The notes beneath the pieces were generated by a model. It did no database searches, was not told where the DNA came from, and saw only the letters and a program-made list of their open reading frames with translations. From contig OZ024741.1 in assembly GCA_964016885.1 (NCBI GenBank), forward strand, positions 330,212,001 to 330,276,000: 64,000 bases of DNA. The letters are read 5' to 3'. Of this stretch, positions 11,030 through 23,815 are shown piece by piece. Position 1 is the stretch's first letter. Every line of letters starts with the position of its first letter. The position numbers and the translations under genes are program-made. The DNA comes from Eledone cirrhosa (taxonomy: Eukaryota).

Positions 11030-12465
11030 TTAGATTCTTCCGCGCCGCTCGGCGCATCGAGCAGTAAGTACTCGCCAACGGTCACGATCAGCGACAACTT
11101 TTTTTAGACCGTGCCAGGTGATGTTGGCTGCCATCAGGTCCTTCCGAAACGTTCGTCGCCAGGTGATCATTGAACAACCCCGCCTCCGTTTACCGCCAGG
11201 CGGATTCCAGTTTATCGCTGTTTTCGAATGCCGTTCATTTGGCAGACGCAGAATATGGCCAGCCAGACGGCACCGACGCTCCGTGACCACTCTCTGTAGC
11301 GTCCACGACTCGGCTCTCCGCAGGATCTCCTCGTTTCGCACTCGGTCGCGCCAGGACACACGAAGGATCTTTCTCAGGCACCGCTGGTGAAAAGCGTTCA
11401 GCCGTCTCTCTATTTTTGCCGTACTCTTCCAGATCTCGCTCGCATAAAGCACTGTCGGCAACACGATGCTCTTGTACAGGCGGAGCTTGGTCTTGGTGCT
11501 AATGCATGAAGACGACCAGACTGGGCACAGTCGCTGGAAAACTGCGGCTCCTTTGCCGATCCGACAGTTGATGTCGGGCTCCACGTCGCCGCTGCTTGTC
11601 AGGATGCTGCCCAGATAGGTGAAGTGATCGACTTCCTCGAGGTCCTGTTGGTTGACTCTGATCACTGGACCTGTATTGCTGGCCGTTCTCATGATCTTGG
11701 TCTTTTTGGTGTTGATTCTCGGGCCGATCTTTTTCGCACTCTCTTGTAGGGATGTTGTTAGGGCCTGCAGATCTGTACTGTTTTCAGCGATCAAAGCGAT
11801 GTCGTCGGCGAATGCCAGGTCCCTCGGCCTCGACTGCCCTCTCCATGGGATTCCTCGACCGGGTCCTTCATCCGTTCACCTTAGTACGAAATCGGCTGCC
11901 AGCAGGAACAACAGTGGAGAGAGAATGCAACCCTGTCTGACTCCGGAGACAATGTCAAAGAACTCCGTCACACCGGACTCAGTCCGCACGCAGCAGCTGG
12001 AGTTTTCATACAGGGCCTTGAAAATGGCGATGTATCTTGCAGGAATGCCGTACAGTTGCGCAATATTCCACAGCGACTCCCGATGCATACTGTCGAATGC
12101 CTACTAGAAATCAATAAAATTGACCGCCAAAGGCTGTTGTAGCTCAACGCATTGTTCGAGAATGTTGCGTAGTGTAAAGATCTGTTCCGTGCAAGATCGA
12201 TTTTTTTCGGAAGCCGGCTTGTTCCTCCCGGAGCACAGAGTCGACAGCCTGCCAGAGTCGACGCAGCAGCACAGTGCAGAACGCCTTGCCTGGGACTGAC
12301 AGCAATGTGATACCACGCCAGTTGCTGCAGTCTGCCAGGTTTCCCTTCTTCAGCCAAGTCTGTCAACGCCGTTATCGTGCTCTCCTCACTAAATTTGAGC
12401 AGCTCAGCAGAGATCTCATCCAGTCCGCCTGCTTTGCCGTTCCTCGAGGCTAATCGCATCTCTCG
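11030..12465 (-). mobile_element. RTE-clade LINE (RT plus C-terminus), 5'-truncated, frameshifted, GC-rich
   Basis: Motifs SGVRQGCILSPLLF, LAFADDIAL, FTYLGS, YASEIW, CLRKILRVSWRDRVRNEEIL; internal deletion and frameshifts. Confidence 0.9.
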
Positions 12466-12489
12466 TCTCTTGTTTGGTGATATGGTCTT

Positions 12490-13452
12490 CGCAGACTTTG
12501 AGTACCTCAGTCATTCATTTAAAAATATTTTTAAAAAATCATGTTCAGTTAAAAATAATTTTTAAATATACAGAGACATGTATATAATGTAAAATGAAAT
12601 TGGAAGGCTCACATATATGTGTGTGTGTGTATAATTTCATTCAACAACAACACCAGCTCTCTCTCTTCCATTTTCCTTCTCTCTCTCTCTTCCATTTCCC
12701 CTTTCTCCCCCCCCCCCTCTCTGTCTCTATTTCAATCTAACCTCTCACAACCACTATCTATTTCTCTCTCTCTATTTATGAAGGTACCCGGAAAAAACCC
12801 GTATCTCGGGAACCCGTGCTCCGATTTACGCGAAACTTGTTTTATTCTATTTGTATACCCATTTTAGGGGCAACTTCCTTTCAAAGTATTTTCCCATTAT
12901 GCACCGCTTTGGCTGTATTACATTACAGACAAGCACACAATCACAGAGTTTTAATAGTATCATATTCACTTAAAAATAATTTTAAAATAAAAATATACAC
13001 AGACATGTATATAATGTGAAATGAAACTGGAACGCCCATATATATATATATGTGTATATGTATATAAATGTGTGTGTGTGTGTGTATATATAAACGTGGG
13101 TGTCTGTGATCTACATACACTGGTCATAAACACACACACACACACAACAACACCACCAGCTATCTCTCTCTTCCATTCTCCTCTGTCTCCTCTCCCTCTC
13201 TCTATGTCTCTCTTTCAATCTACTCTCTCACAACCACTATCTCTTTCTCTCTCTCTCTGTCTATTTATGAAGGTACCTGGAAAAACCCCGTATCTCGGGA
13301 ACCCGTGCGTCGATTTACGCGAAACTTGTTTTATTCCATTTGTATTCCCATTTCAGGGTCAACTTCCTTTCAAAGTATTTTCCCATTATGCGCCCTTTTG
13401 GCTGTATTACATTACAGACAAGCAATTACAGAGTTTTAGTATTATATAGATA
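12490..13452. repeat. ~480-bp tandem duplication of a Helitron-like non-autonomous element
   Basis: The block TTTATGAAGGTACC...CATTACAGACAAGCA appears twice; the right end reads TCTATCTATATAATACTAAAAC on the minus strand (Helitron-like 5' end). Confidence 0.6.
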
Positions 13453-13539
13453 GATTGAACAATAAAGGAAAGAAAAAAAAAGGGGGGGGGGAGCAATTCA
13501 CCACCAAGTGTAACAATCGGCCGCACCTTACACCTTAGA

Positions 13540-13675
13540 AGTTAACTACGCACTTTGAGGCAAGCCAAACGCGCTCGCAGCATTACCACGGGCGATAGCG
13601 AGGCTAAGACGCTGAAATAACCAGGCACCCTCACGGGCATCACCTGACACCCCAGTAAGGGGAGCTGCCAGTGAT
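13540..13675 (-). mobile_element. CRE-like retrotransposon 3' fragment
   Basis: Reverse complement matches the 8640-8740 and 10830-10940 blocks (CAGCGTCTTAGCCTCGCTATCGCCCGTGGTAATGCTG). Confidence 0.65.
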
Positions 13676-13932
13676 GACTTTTCTATCTCGCTTTGATTAT
13701 ATATATTTTGTGTATTATGTTTATAACAATAATGAATTCATTACATGTATGTAATTTTATTTAATCTTATATATTTGTTATGTCATACATACATGTATAT
13801 TCATAGTCGTGTATATATATATATATATATATATATTTTATAGTTGAGACAGTAAACAAAAAACAACCGCGTGGAAGCGAAGAGGTGGTACAAAATGTTA
13901 ATATTAGTTTCACGCTTGAGAGTGGGGGATGG

Positions 13933-13970
13933 GGGACGACGTTTCGGGTATAAGCCCTTCATCAGGAGAA
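13933..13970 (-). ncRNA. minimal Penelope-type hammerhead-like motif, weak helix I
   Basis: Minus strand CUGAUGA-AGGGCUUAUACCC-GAAA-CG-UC; ACGU palindrome at helix III; helix I pairs poorly. Confidence 0.45.
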
Positions 13971-14100
13971 AAGTGGGCAGGAAAAGAGTTCCGAGGGTGT
14001 GAGGGGGTGGGGGTGGAAAGACATTAAAAAGGGGGGAGGAAGAAAAGGGAGGAAAACATTTTTTTTGAAAGGGTAAAAAAAAATTTTTTTAATATATATA

Positions 14101-14687
14101 CTAGCTGAGTTACCCGCGCCTTGCTGCGTTTCACATATTTTTTTTGTAAGAAAATGATGATTGATTTTAAATCAGTAATGTAATTTATGGAGAAAAACCC
14201 TACATTTCAATATTACTCAATGTAAAATGTAATGCGCGAAAAATTGGAAAACATTATTTTTTTGTAATATATCAAATCAAAATTACATTATTAAATCTTA
14301 TCATTTTGTTTCTTGTAAATAATTCTTTTCAAAATATCAATTCAAAACTTGATCATTTCATTTTTGTGTAAAGCATTATTTTATTTGGGCTTTCAAAATG
14401 TTTACTATAGTCGGTTTAACCCCCATTAGGGTGTCTTGATATTATTGAAATTTGCTGAAAATTTGTGAATAGGCATCATATCTTGTCATTTACCTATGGT
14501 TTAAATTTCATATAAATCGAATGGAAAAAATTTTCAGCGGGGGTTTTGCCCTTGGGGAACTCTTTGATTAAGATGAAATATACTTATCCAAGTACCCTTG
14601 ATATATATGGTTATGGGGGGGGGGGGTCTATCTCCAAAACCATAGGAGTTCGTAAACAAACAAACAAACAAACAGACAGGAACTACA

Positions 14688-14700
<13 letters not shown>
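14101..14700 (-). mobile_element. non-autonomous Helitron
   Basis: Minus-strand 3' end GCAGCAAGGCGCGGGTAACTCAGCTAG (GC-rich segment plus CTAG); (GTTT)n near the 5' end, which is embedded in (TA)n. Confidence 0.65.
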
Positions 14701-14726
<26 letters not shown>

Positions 14727-15184
14727 CGTTTCTGAATTTGTTTAGCAAGATTCTTTATCTGAAATCGTGTGTTGGCAATTATTGGCAACATGACCCTCCC
14801 AAAGTATAACAATATATATATATATATGTGTGTGTGTGTGTATATATGGTCAATAATAAAATGAAATTGAAAGAGAGTGTGGCAGAGTTGTTACAACGTC
14901 GGATAGGATGTTTTGAGGTATTTGTTCCGACTTTCTCCACTCTGAGGTCAACGTTGCCTTTCATTATTTCGAAGTTGATAAAAAAAAAAGTATCAGTCTA
15001 GTCTAATGTTTGTCTCGAAACCAGAAGCTTAGAAACGCCGTATGCCATAATGGTGTCCCCACAATTCTATCGCGAATTACAGGTACATGCATACATAACA
15101 CCTGCAGACCCTTAATATTCTGCAAGGAATATAAAAATATTTGTTTCTGTATATTATACAGTGATCTGTCGGCTAACTACATTT

Positions 15185-15390
15185 TCCAGCCTGTGGCGTG
15201 GGAGTCGGGCTACTGATTGCGAGGTTCTTGTCTTCACTGGCAGCTCCCCTAACAGAGGTAACTGGTGATGCTCGTGAGGGCGCTTGGCTGTTCAAGCGCA
15301 TCAGCCTCGCCATCACCCGAGTTAACGCGTGCTGGCTTGCCTAAAACATTATTAGAGAGGTTTCCCCGTGCTCCTTGCGATGCTGTTATC
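15185..15390 (+). mobile_element. CRE-like retrotransposon 3' fragment
   Basis: Similar to the 10760-10960 block (CAGCCTGTGGCG...CTTGGCTGTTCAAGCGCATCAGCCTCGCCATCACCCG). Confidence 0.6.
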
Positions 15391-16083
15391 TTTTGCTCTT
15401 GTATCGGTTCGTTTGTCCATCCCTTTCGTCTGTCTTTGGTTGTATGTGGTCCTGAGAACGTCAGCATATTAAGCTTTTAACAAAATATAGTCGTAGGGGT
15501 AATGTTATGATATTTTAAACCTGGAAAGCCCACCCCTCTCCACCCCTGAACACAGCAAATTTCTTCTGTCGGGACCGCAAACCCCATAAGTCGAGCTCCT
15601 TCGCAAAATCGGAACGTCAGCATCCTGTCTGAGGAAGTGGGTGGGGGTGGCTGTTGCAGCAAGTGTCGCTGGCTCTTGTCTGCAGGGCGCAGCCCAAACA
15701 CTGCCTTGACCTAGGCGTAAAAATCTGTCATCCCCTCTCTCTTTCTTCCGTTGCCTAATAGTCCTTGCTCTTTCTCTCCTTTTCTAGCCGTTTCCTTTAC
15801 AACCAGATCTGCTCTTCCCACTTCTTTTCATTACTTTATTTTGTTTTAATCTTTTTTAAAAATATTTCCATCATTGCATAACTTCTGTTTGTAAAATATA
15901 GTTGACATAGGAGAGAGAGTGGTAAATAAATATAAAGAATAGACCCCAGTACTGGTACTTTATTTATCGACCCCAAATTGATGAAAGGAAAATTTCAATG
16001 GGAGTAAGAGAGCCTGAACGAAGCATTCTATCCGGCAATTCTTATGACCACCTTGATTCTACTTTTACGTAAATTGAATTTAA

Positions 16084-16171
16084 TTTCCCGCTACCAATGT
16101 AAACCAATAGTCAGCTGAGAGAATTTACCAACTTCCGGAAGCCGGGCTTATTTGCGGCATTTACCGGAAGT
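16084..16171 (+). promoter_or_regulatory. SNRPG promoter: E2F, CCAAT and ETS motifs
   Basis: TTTCCCGC at 16084, CCAAT at 16094 and 16104, ACTTCCGGAAG at 16131, CCGGAAGT at 16164, all 70-160 bp upstream of the ATG; typical housekeeping layout. Confidence 0.7.
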
Positions 16172-16241
16172 ACTACCATTTGAAGTAAATATCTCATTGT
16201 GAAACAGAAGGAGTAATTACTTTGATCAGTTAAAATCTATC

Positions 16242-16273
16242 ATGAGTAAAGCACATCCACCAGAATTGAAGAA
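16242..16273 (+). CDS. SNRPG: small nuclear ribonucleoprotein G (SmG), coding exon 1
   Basis: ATGAGTAAAGCACATCCACCAGAATTGAAGAA = MSKAHPPELK(K), GTAAGT donor. Full join 16242-16273, 19222-19244, 23202-23326, 24791-24844 gives 77 aa: [77 protein letters not shown]. Confidence 0.96.
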
Positions 16274-17451
16274 GTAAGTTGATTAATTTTTAATATTTCG
16301 GTCTAAAATATATTTCCATTCCTTATGTATTCTTCTGTGGGGAATTGCGCGACTTCTTATACAAAGAAGTTAAATTTCCTAACAAATGTAGTGTGTATGT
16401 AATATCTATTTATCATATATGATAGATACAGTATTACTCACACACACACATATATATTTACATACATACACTACAGCCCCGGGGTAACCAATTCCTTGTA
16501 AGTGGTATTCGGCTTCTGCAGAAGCCTATTGCATATATCCGTATCTTTGCAATTGTGCATGTGTTTATGTCCCGTAACTTAGAAGTTTGATTTTAAAAAA
16601 TGAGATCGATAAAATAAGTCACAGTTTTGAAAAAAAAAGTACTGGAGTCGATGGGATCGACTGGAGCACACTGCATGGCTGAAACAATAAATTTTGTGTT
16701 CGAATTTAACAGATTTAATTCGTGCATCTGTTTACAGAGGCTTTACACACATATCTGGTACTTTATCTCTATAATGGCACCAATATACAGCATTTTAATT
16801 TTTTTTCTCTCAATCTATAGTTCTAGAAATAATATTACATTCTTGTAGAAAATCTGTGAACTTACTATGATTTTTTTTCTTGAAAGTCCGAAACAAAGCG
16901 TCTCAGACGAAAGGAATGAATTTGAAAGAGTTCACGTCATAATGGTTGATATGCGTTAACAAAATTGTAAGGCATGCTGAACAAATTTCTGTTTACTATA
17001 AACGTATGGTTATTATAAAATTATGACAAAAGGGTTATTGACAAATATAAACAGTTTTATATCAGAACCAGGGGCTGTTTTCTTAATAAAATATATTGTT
17101 TAATTTAGTAAGTTCCATTGTATTAACACTTCCACAGTGGTTTCAGTTGATTTCTAATTTAGGCACAAGGCCAGCAAATTTGGATGAAAAGAAAGTTGAT
17201 TACATCAATCGTAGTACTTGACTGGTACTTTATTTTATTAACATTAGAAGGATGAAAGTTAAATTTGACCATTCATCCTTTGGTCGATGAAATAAAGTAC
17301 CGGTGCTGGGGTGTAAACATATAGCTATTTAAGGGTCATTCTTTACCACATGTAACAAATATAATTTTCATGCAAACGGTTCTGCATTTTTTCCGCATTA
17401 GTTTGCCACTTAAGTCATTACAAAGCCTTCAAATAACCTATTTATGGTGAC

Positions 17452-17660
17452 TACCGGGGCCTGACCGACTGCTTCCTCTTTGCACCGATCACTTTCGAGA
17501 CCTCTGGTGTCCTTAGTCCCTGCACTGTTCATTGCCTCCGGAAAGACAGCGGCTCGCTTGAGGAGGGAGCCCTATGAGGTGGTGATTGTTGCAGTGGGTG
17601 TCTGACTATTCTCCGCGGGGCACAGCTGAAACACTGGTCAGACTGGGGTGTAGTGTCTGT
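17452..17660 (+). mobile_element. CRE-like RLE C-terminal relic in SNRPG intron 1
   Basis: Translates YRGLTDCFLFAPITFETSGVL, the RLE C-terminal motif. Confidence 0.5.
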
Positions 17661-17849
17661 CTCCCCACTCTTTTTCTTTTTTCCTTTAAAAAGCAAAAAA
17701 TGAAATACACTATATTTCAATTAATTAATGAAGAATTCTGAGAGAATTATAAATGATTTCATTACTATGATAGTAAATTTATATATGGTTTTTGTATAAA
17801 TTTTGTTGGAAGACTTTAATTTATTGAGTAATGTTACTCCAAAGAGCCT

Positions 17850-18660
17850 TTTCCGTCTGCTCGTATTTGTGATCAATTTCTTCTGGTCATTACTCAAGAT
17901 TCATGACCATAGGTAAAGTTTGGCATGAATACCGAATTGAAGATAGCGAGTTTGTCTTTTACGTCTACCTCTCTTTTGATTACTAAACGCTGAAGCTCGC
18001 GCATTACTGCACCAGCTCCTACAATTCTTGAATTTCTCTAACTGCTTCAGTGGAACTCCATATACATGTAGAGTACACTGTGAGGATGAGTGTCTCGGTT
18101 TTCACAGCACTGATTTTCATTGCAGCCATGCAGCACTTGGCATCAAACCTATCAAGTGCAAGTCGGAGATCACCTTCTGTATGGTTAAGTAACATCATGT
18201 CTGCAGATTCCACCTGCCAATCATGATATCACTTTCAACTCGGCTGCACATGTCAATCGTGTTCGTGTAAATAATTGTTTCTACTTTTTCCACAAGGTCA
18301 GCAATTACACAGTGCATTACTGGTTCTTTATTTTATCGACCCCGTAAGGATGAAAGGCAAATGAACAGAGGAGGTGACAGTATACACCCTTCGTGGGAAT
18401 CTGATTCCCACTAGCACCATTTATCCGAACACAAATACTCAGGCATTCGTATAGACTTCAGAAGCTGACTATCAAAACGTACCCCTGCACAACCTTCCAA
18501 AGAACGCAGTCATATGCCTTCTCAATGTCAACAAAACAAGACTATACCTCTTGGCATTACACCCACGATTTTTCGAGGACATGTTGCAGTGTGAATATTT
18601 GGTTGGCTGTGCTGCGTCCGGGGTGAAAACTGCACTGTTCATCAGTGTGTAGCTTGGAAA
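17850..18660 (-). mobile_element. degraded RTE-like LINE fragment in intron 1 (longer homologs at 34330-35085 and 51000-51753)
   Basis: DEQCSFHPGRSTANQIFTLQ, HQGCILSPPL, LEFADNM, MKISAVKTE in the ORF track. Confidence 0.75.
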
Positions 18661-19221
18661 TCAAAGAGTCACTCCAGGTAGAGCCGCTACTTCTCTGAAT
18701 TGAGTGATCACAACTCCAATACTATGGGCAAATTCAACCGGCAGGAGACCCAGGGGTGGACCCTGAGTAAGGTGGATGGATAACATCCATGAGTTTGGCA
18801 GGTCTCGCTTGGGGATCCAGCCGGATCAGTTGCAGACAGTTGTTCTGACAGTACCTGATGGAAGGAGGACTCTGACCTCACCACTCTCCCAAAATACATC
18901 TGCAATATACTGTAAAGTGTTTGGCATTATTAAGAAAGTGCGGTGGGTTGGCAGTATAGGTAGTGTGTCGGACACCATGCTTTGCAGTATAGAGTTACGA
19001 CCCTTTGTATTCTGAATTCAAATCTCGCCAACGTTAGTAACACATTGGGGTCGATTTAATCAACTTTACCCTCGATAAAATAATATAGTACCAGTAATGC
19101 ACTGGGGGTTGATTTAATTGACTTTCCCCTCCCCCAAAATTGTTGGTCTTCTGTTTTAATCAGAAACCATTATTTTCATATCGTTCCACAATAAATGTAT
19201 TTTCTTTCTTTTATTTTGTAG

Positions 19222-19244
19222 ATACATGGAAAGAAAGCTCTCCT
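19222..19244 (+). CDS. SNRPG: SmG coding exon 2 (23-nt microexon)
   Basis: ttttgtag/ATACATGGAAAGAAAGCTCTCCT/gtgagt = (K)YMERKLS(L); phases match exons 1 and 3. Confidence 0.93.
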
Positions 19245-19483
19245 GTGAGTATTTTCTGAAGAAATTTCTATTATTTTATATGTATTTTTTCCTTGGTGGT
19301 ATGGGTTGGACAGATCTTTTAAATCATTACAGCCTGCATTATCTGGTACACAGCAACAGTGAAGCCTGACCAACTTTGTTTTGTATGTCTCATATAGTTT
19401 GTGATGTGGCTTTGTATAAACAGTCCACTTTGTTAGGTGGTAGTGGTGGTGCCATGCACCCGGTACATTCTGCGAAGGGATTG

Positions 19484-19830
19484 GGAGGCACATGGCTTAG
19501 TGGTTAGAGCATTGGCCTTGCAATCGAAAGCTCGTGAGTTCAACTCTCAGACCGAGTGATGTGTTGTTTCCTTGAGCAAGACACTTTATTTCACATTGCT
19601 CCAGTTTACTCAGCTGTAGAAATGAGATGATAGGGACTGGGGTCCATATCATTCCACTGCAAAGTGGTCGTGGAGGTGCCACGGCAAAAAAGCACCCAGC
19701 ACTCACTGTAAATGAGGTTGGTGTTAGAAAGGCATCGAGCTGTAGAAATTAAGCCAGAATCAGTTCCCGTCCCACCCTTGCAAGCAGGGCAAAAGTGGAC
19801 GTAAAATGAAATGATGATGATGATGATGAT
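19484..19830 (+). mobile_element. CORE-type tRNA SINE with (GAT)n tail (copies at 36784-37130 and 53652-53998)
   Basis: Near-identical to 327-660. Confidence 0.85.
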
Positions 19831-22800
19831 CCAGCTGTAGAAACCCTACCAAAATGGAACATATGAGCATCATGGTCATCTGCTGTGGTTAGCCTCAAAA
19901 CGTGACAACTCATGCATGCATGGAAAATAGACCTAAAACAGTAATGATGATGAATCACTTCACAGTGTAATGGTTAATCTTTATCAAGTGACTGACAATA
20001 AAAAGCACTAAGGAGTGCCTTCTAATGAGTTACAGGTTGCGTGTGATGGGGCTTGCGGAGTTCACACCTCAGTAATATATTCCATTTTGCCAAGTGTTTG
20101 CTGGAAATGTCCCTCACCATCTTTACTCTTTGCTGTCCATAACAACTACTATACACAGCAGAGCTGTAAAACTGGCCAACTATAATAATTATCACCATTG
20201 TTTTTTTGTCCGTTTCTGCACGCTTGTATGTTGTTGTTGTTGTATGTCTTACAGTTAAGGCAGTGAATTGGCAGGATCATTAGATCGACAGATAGATTGC
20301 TTTGCATTATTCATTTTGGCTCGCTGCACTTAAATTCCATCAAGGTTAACTTTGTCTTGCATTCCTTTCAGTAAAGTCAGTAAAGTGCCAGTTGATTCAT
20401 CCTCTCTGTCTCTCTCTCTGGAAGAAATCGGCAATGGTGGTACCTAGTGAGGGAACAGTGCTGCCCGATTTAAAGTGACCCTAAAACTCTCAGTAGTTAT
20501 AGGAACATTAACAGTGATATATGTCTCATAGCTTAAACTGAGTGTGTTTTATCTTGTCGCCAATACTAGTGAAGTTGTTTGCAGTAGAGCTAGAGTATCT
20601 TCAACTTAGTATCCTAGACAAATGCCTTCTGTGTGTTATCCATCTCTCTTATTTATTAGAGATATAATATACACACACTCATACAAAGGGCTATGTCCCT
20701 TATATTCTAGTCATGTTATCTTTTGTAGTACAACTCCAACAACAACAAACGATCACCTGTGAAGTTGATGTACCTAATAAAAGCATACAACAGCTCTACA
20801 TGAGCGATGGATTACTGTTATAGTGAGTAATCTGACCCCCTTCAAAAATTCACTCAGGTGTTCACCAAGGATCTATTCTGTCTCCCAACACTTTTTAATT
20901 ATGCCATCAATTGGATTGAAGAACATGACCTGAACAGTTTCCCAGGTGCTGCTGTGGAATGACACTTTAGTATAACTAATCCCTTGACTATGCTGACCAC
21001 CTTGCAATAACTGTGTTAATGTCCAATCTGTTATTGAATGACATCTACAGCTCATATCTATGCAGTTTAGCTGACCTTATAATAGGTTGCATCTGCTACG
21101 GGCCTCTGTCTTATCATGAAAAGTAATATGAAATGAAGCATCTTGGTCAAGAACACAATACCTCCCTCTGCCCCAAAATTGAACCCCTGACCTTATGATC
21201 ATGAGTCCAACAACCTTACGATTAGACCATGTGTCTTCACATACCCTCAATATGTTTTCCAGTCAATTGCCCTTGCACGCTGGCATGAACATCAATGCTG
21301 CAAAGGCAAAGATAACATTTGTTGTCATCTCATCTGAGAGGATCTTCATCATACTCAATGATTCTGGAAGAAGCTGATCAATTCAAGTATCTCAGCACCA
21401 TCTTCACTGCTATAGGCCAAGGTAGTGATGAGATGATGACTGCATCAACTGTGTGCACACACTATATTCTGTCTTCAAAATCAGCTTCATTTCAGGTTGG
21501 AGAGCCATCTAACCACAAAAATCCACACTTATTCACATTACCCTTCTGTATGGTCAGTGGCCAGCTTTGGTTCAAGCTGGAGAGCTATCTAGCCACTAAA
21601 ATCTACATCTTTCAAATGCTCATTTGCGTCATCCTTCTGTATGGTTGTAGCATGTAATTAGTGAGATCAGTGAGTGAACACATGCTAGATGGAAGTATTT
21701 GACTACTTTTGTCTTTGCTGAATCCTCTGTGTTTGCATATTGGATTTTGTGTTAAACTTTTAGAAATTCATTGTTGTTGCTGGATTGATTCCATCAAACA
21801 ACTTTTAATCAAAAGGTACCACTGCTGGTTTGGTCCTACACTCCGTCCTTAACGAAGAAGTTGCACCATAGCCTTTCTCAGGATGGCGTAAGCAATAAAA
21901 TGTGCATCTGGAGATGTGAGTTAATATAAACTAGTCTGATTTTGGATTGATATCTGGTCCTTGACTGAATGGTGTCCACAGTGTCTGTATCAGATGTTAC
22001 AATTGCTCATGCTTGTTTTGGCTTCTGTTCACTATGCTGTGATTTCACTGGTTGAAGCAGTCTACTTACAAGGGTCGGCTAAAAAGTTCATAGGTTGACT
22101 ATGAAGGAGTGATGTTAGGAATCTTGCATTATTTTCAATTCTTCTTATTAATAACTGAATTGTTTCTTTCTAGAGACTATGTTGAAAAATAAACCTCATT
22201 TGATCATACCATTGAGAGTATCTTATTTTACAAATAAATGTGAGATTTCTGATTGTTTTAAGATATGGCTTCTAGCCATATTGACCATTCAAGGTTCCTA
22301 AAAAAAGTACCAGTCTAGTACTGGCGTCGATTCTTCTTCTGTATCTCTTCCTCACTTCCATTCTTTCACTCCCTCTATCCTTCTCTGGAAGAAATCTGTT
22401 GTATTCAAACCTGGAGAGGAGACGGGTTTCGTCAGGTTTTAATACTCCAAGAAACACTATGTCGATATGTGCCCCTAGGGGTAACAGGTTCATACCCTAC
22501 CACTAACAAATAGAATGCCAGAAAAAATACTGAAACTAATATATTGATAAGTTGATGTAGTAGGTGAGAGGATTACTAAATAGATGTTTATGATTATCTG
22601 TACATCAATGGTGTTAAGGAGTGAATGTATTATCATAATCACTTTATGTCCGCTTTTCCATGCTTGTATGGGTGGAACTGGTCTTTTCCAGCCCAGAATC
22701 CTTCCACTTGTTTTATTTCTTTATCATCTCCTCTGAGTTTCAGCAATTTGAAATCAGCTCTCACCACCTCTGCCCATGCCTTTGGTCTTCCTTTACTGCA

Positions 22801-23201
22801 TTTTCCTTCCACTGTTATTTCTTCACTCAGCGATCATCATTGCTACACATCATACGTCTATATCTGTGAGGGCTTCTCTCTTGTACACATCTGATTCCTC
22901 TTATACCCAGTTTTATTTTTCTCAGCTCATCCATGCTTCATCATTTATGCACATTTATGAAAACATGGCCGTTTCCCTCCAGTCTTGTTTTATTTTATAA
23001 TTATCCTTGTATATCTGAGAGCAAGACTAATAATTTTGTGATCTTGATTGTAGTTTTGTGTTCTTATATGTATGTGAGAGAGCAAGATTTGGATGGTTTT
23101 ATTGTTCTTTTATGTGTGTGAGAGAGAGAGCAAAACTATGATAATTGTGTGTTTTGGGGTTAAAAAATATTTTTATCATTTGTTTGTTTATTTTGTTTCA
23201 G

Positions 23202-23326
23202 TGAAGCTGAATGGTGGTCGCACAGTAAGTGGCATCTTGCGTGGCTTTGATCCATTCATGAATTTGGTGATTGATGAATGTGTAGAAGAAACTAAGAATG
23301 GAGAAAAGAACCCCATTGGAATGGTG
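23202..23326 (+). CDS. SNRPG: SmG coding exon 3
   Basis: tttcag acceptor, 125 nt encoding [41 protein letters not shown] (Sm1 motif), GTAAGA donor. Confidence 0.97.
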
Positions 23327-23815
23327 GTAAGAATTTCTATTAATTCTATAGAAATAATCTGGATGGTGAAAATCCACATCCTACAAGAGGTGCCTCTCAT
23401 ATGGCTAACATCTAGAGGAGTTAGCCTTGATAAAAGTCCTGCTTGTCTCCTCGTAATTAGTAGCTTATACTAGCAGTTTAATTAGATGATCTCCATTGTA
23501 AACACCAGTGGCTTCGCAAATGATTGACTATTAATTCAAGAATGGGTTGGCACAGCTGATCTAATTATTGGAGAAATTTATGAATATGTAGGTGTGGCGA
23601 GCCACATATTCCACCCATTAGAAAAAGCAAAATGAATGCTTCACCTTCGATGGAGGGATGACCCAAGAAAAGAACATTTGTAAAGAATTTAGATTTTCTT
23701 TGAGCCACAATACTGACACTATGAGAGTCATAGAAAAAAATGATGATATAGTTTTAGTAAATTCCCCAAAATTCTTCATTAAGTAATTGAAATATAATGT
23801 ATATCATTACAAATA

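Noticed and set aside
15625-15710. CUGAGGA...CCCAAAC possible hammerhead
   Set aside because: Lacks GAAA and convincing helices.
22068-22200. Mariner-like terminal repeat (TACAAGGGTCGGCTAAAAAGTTC)
   Set aside because: Only one end seen, with no partner TIR or transposase; too weak to annotate.
22410-22500. GAAACCCGUC hammerhead half-motif on the minus strand
   Set aside because: No matching CUGANGA with helix I and II partners found nearby.
23093-23473. 126-aa ORF containing an Sm motif (also 40395-40775 and 57263-57643)
   Set aside because: It is exon 3 read through into flanking introns; splice sites delimit only 23202-23326.
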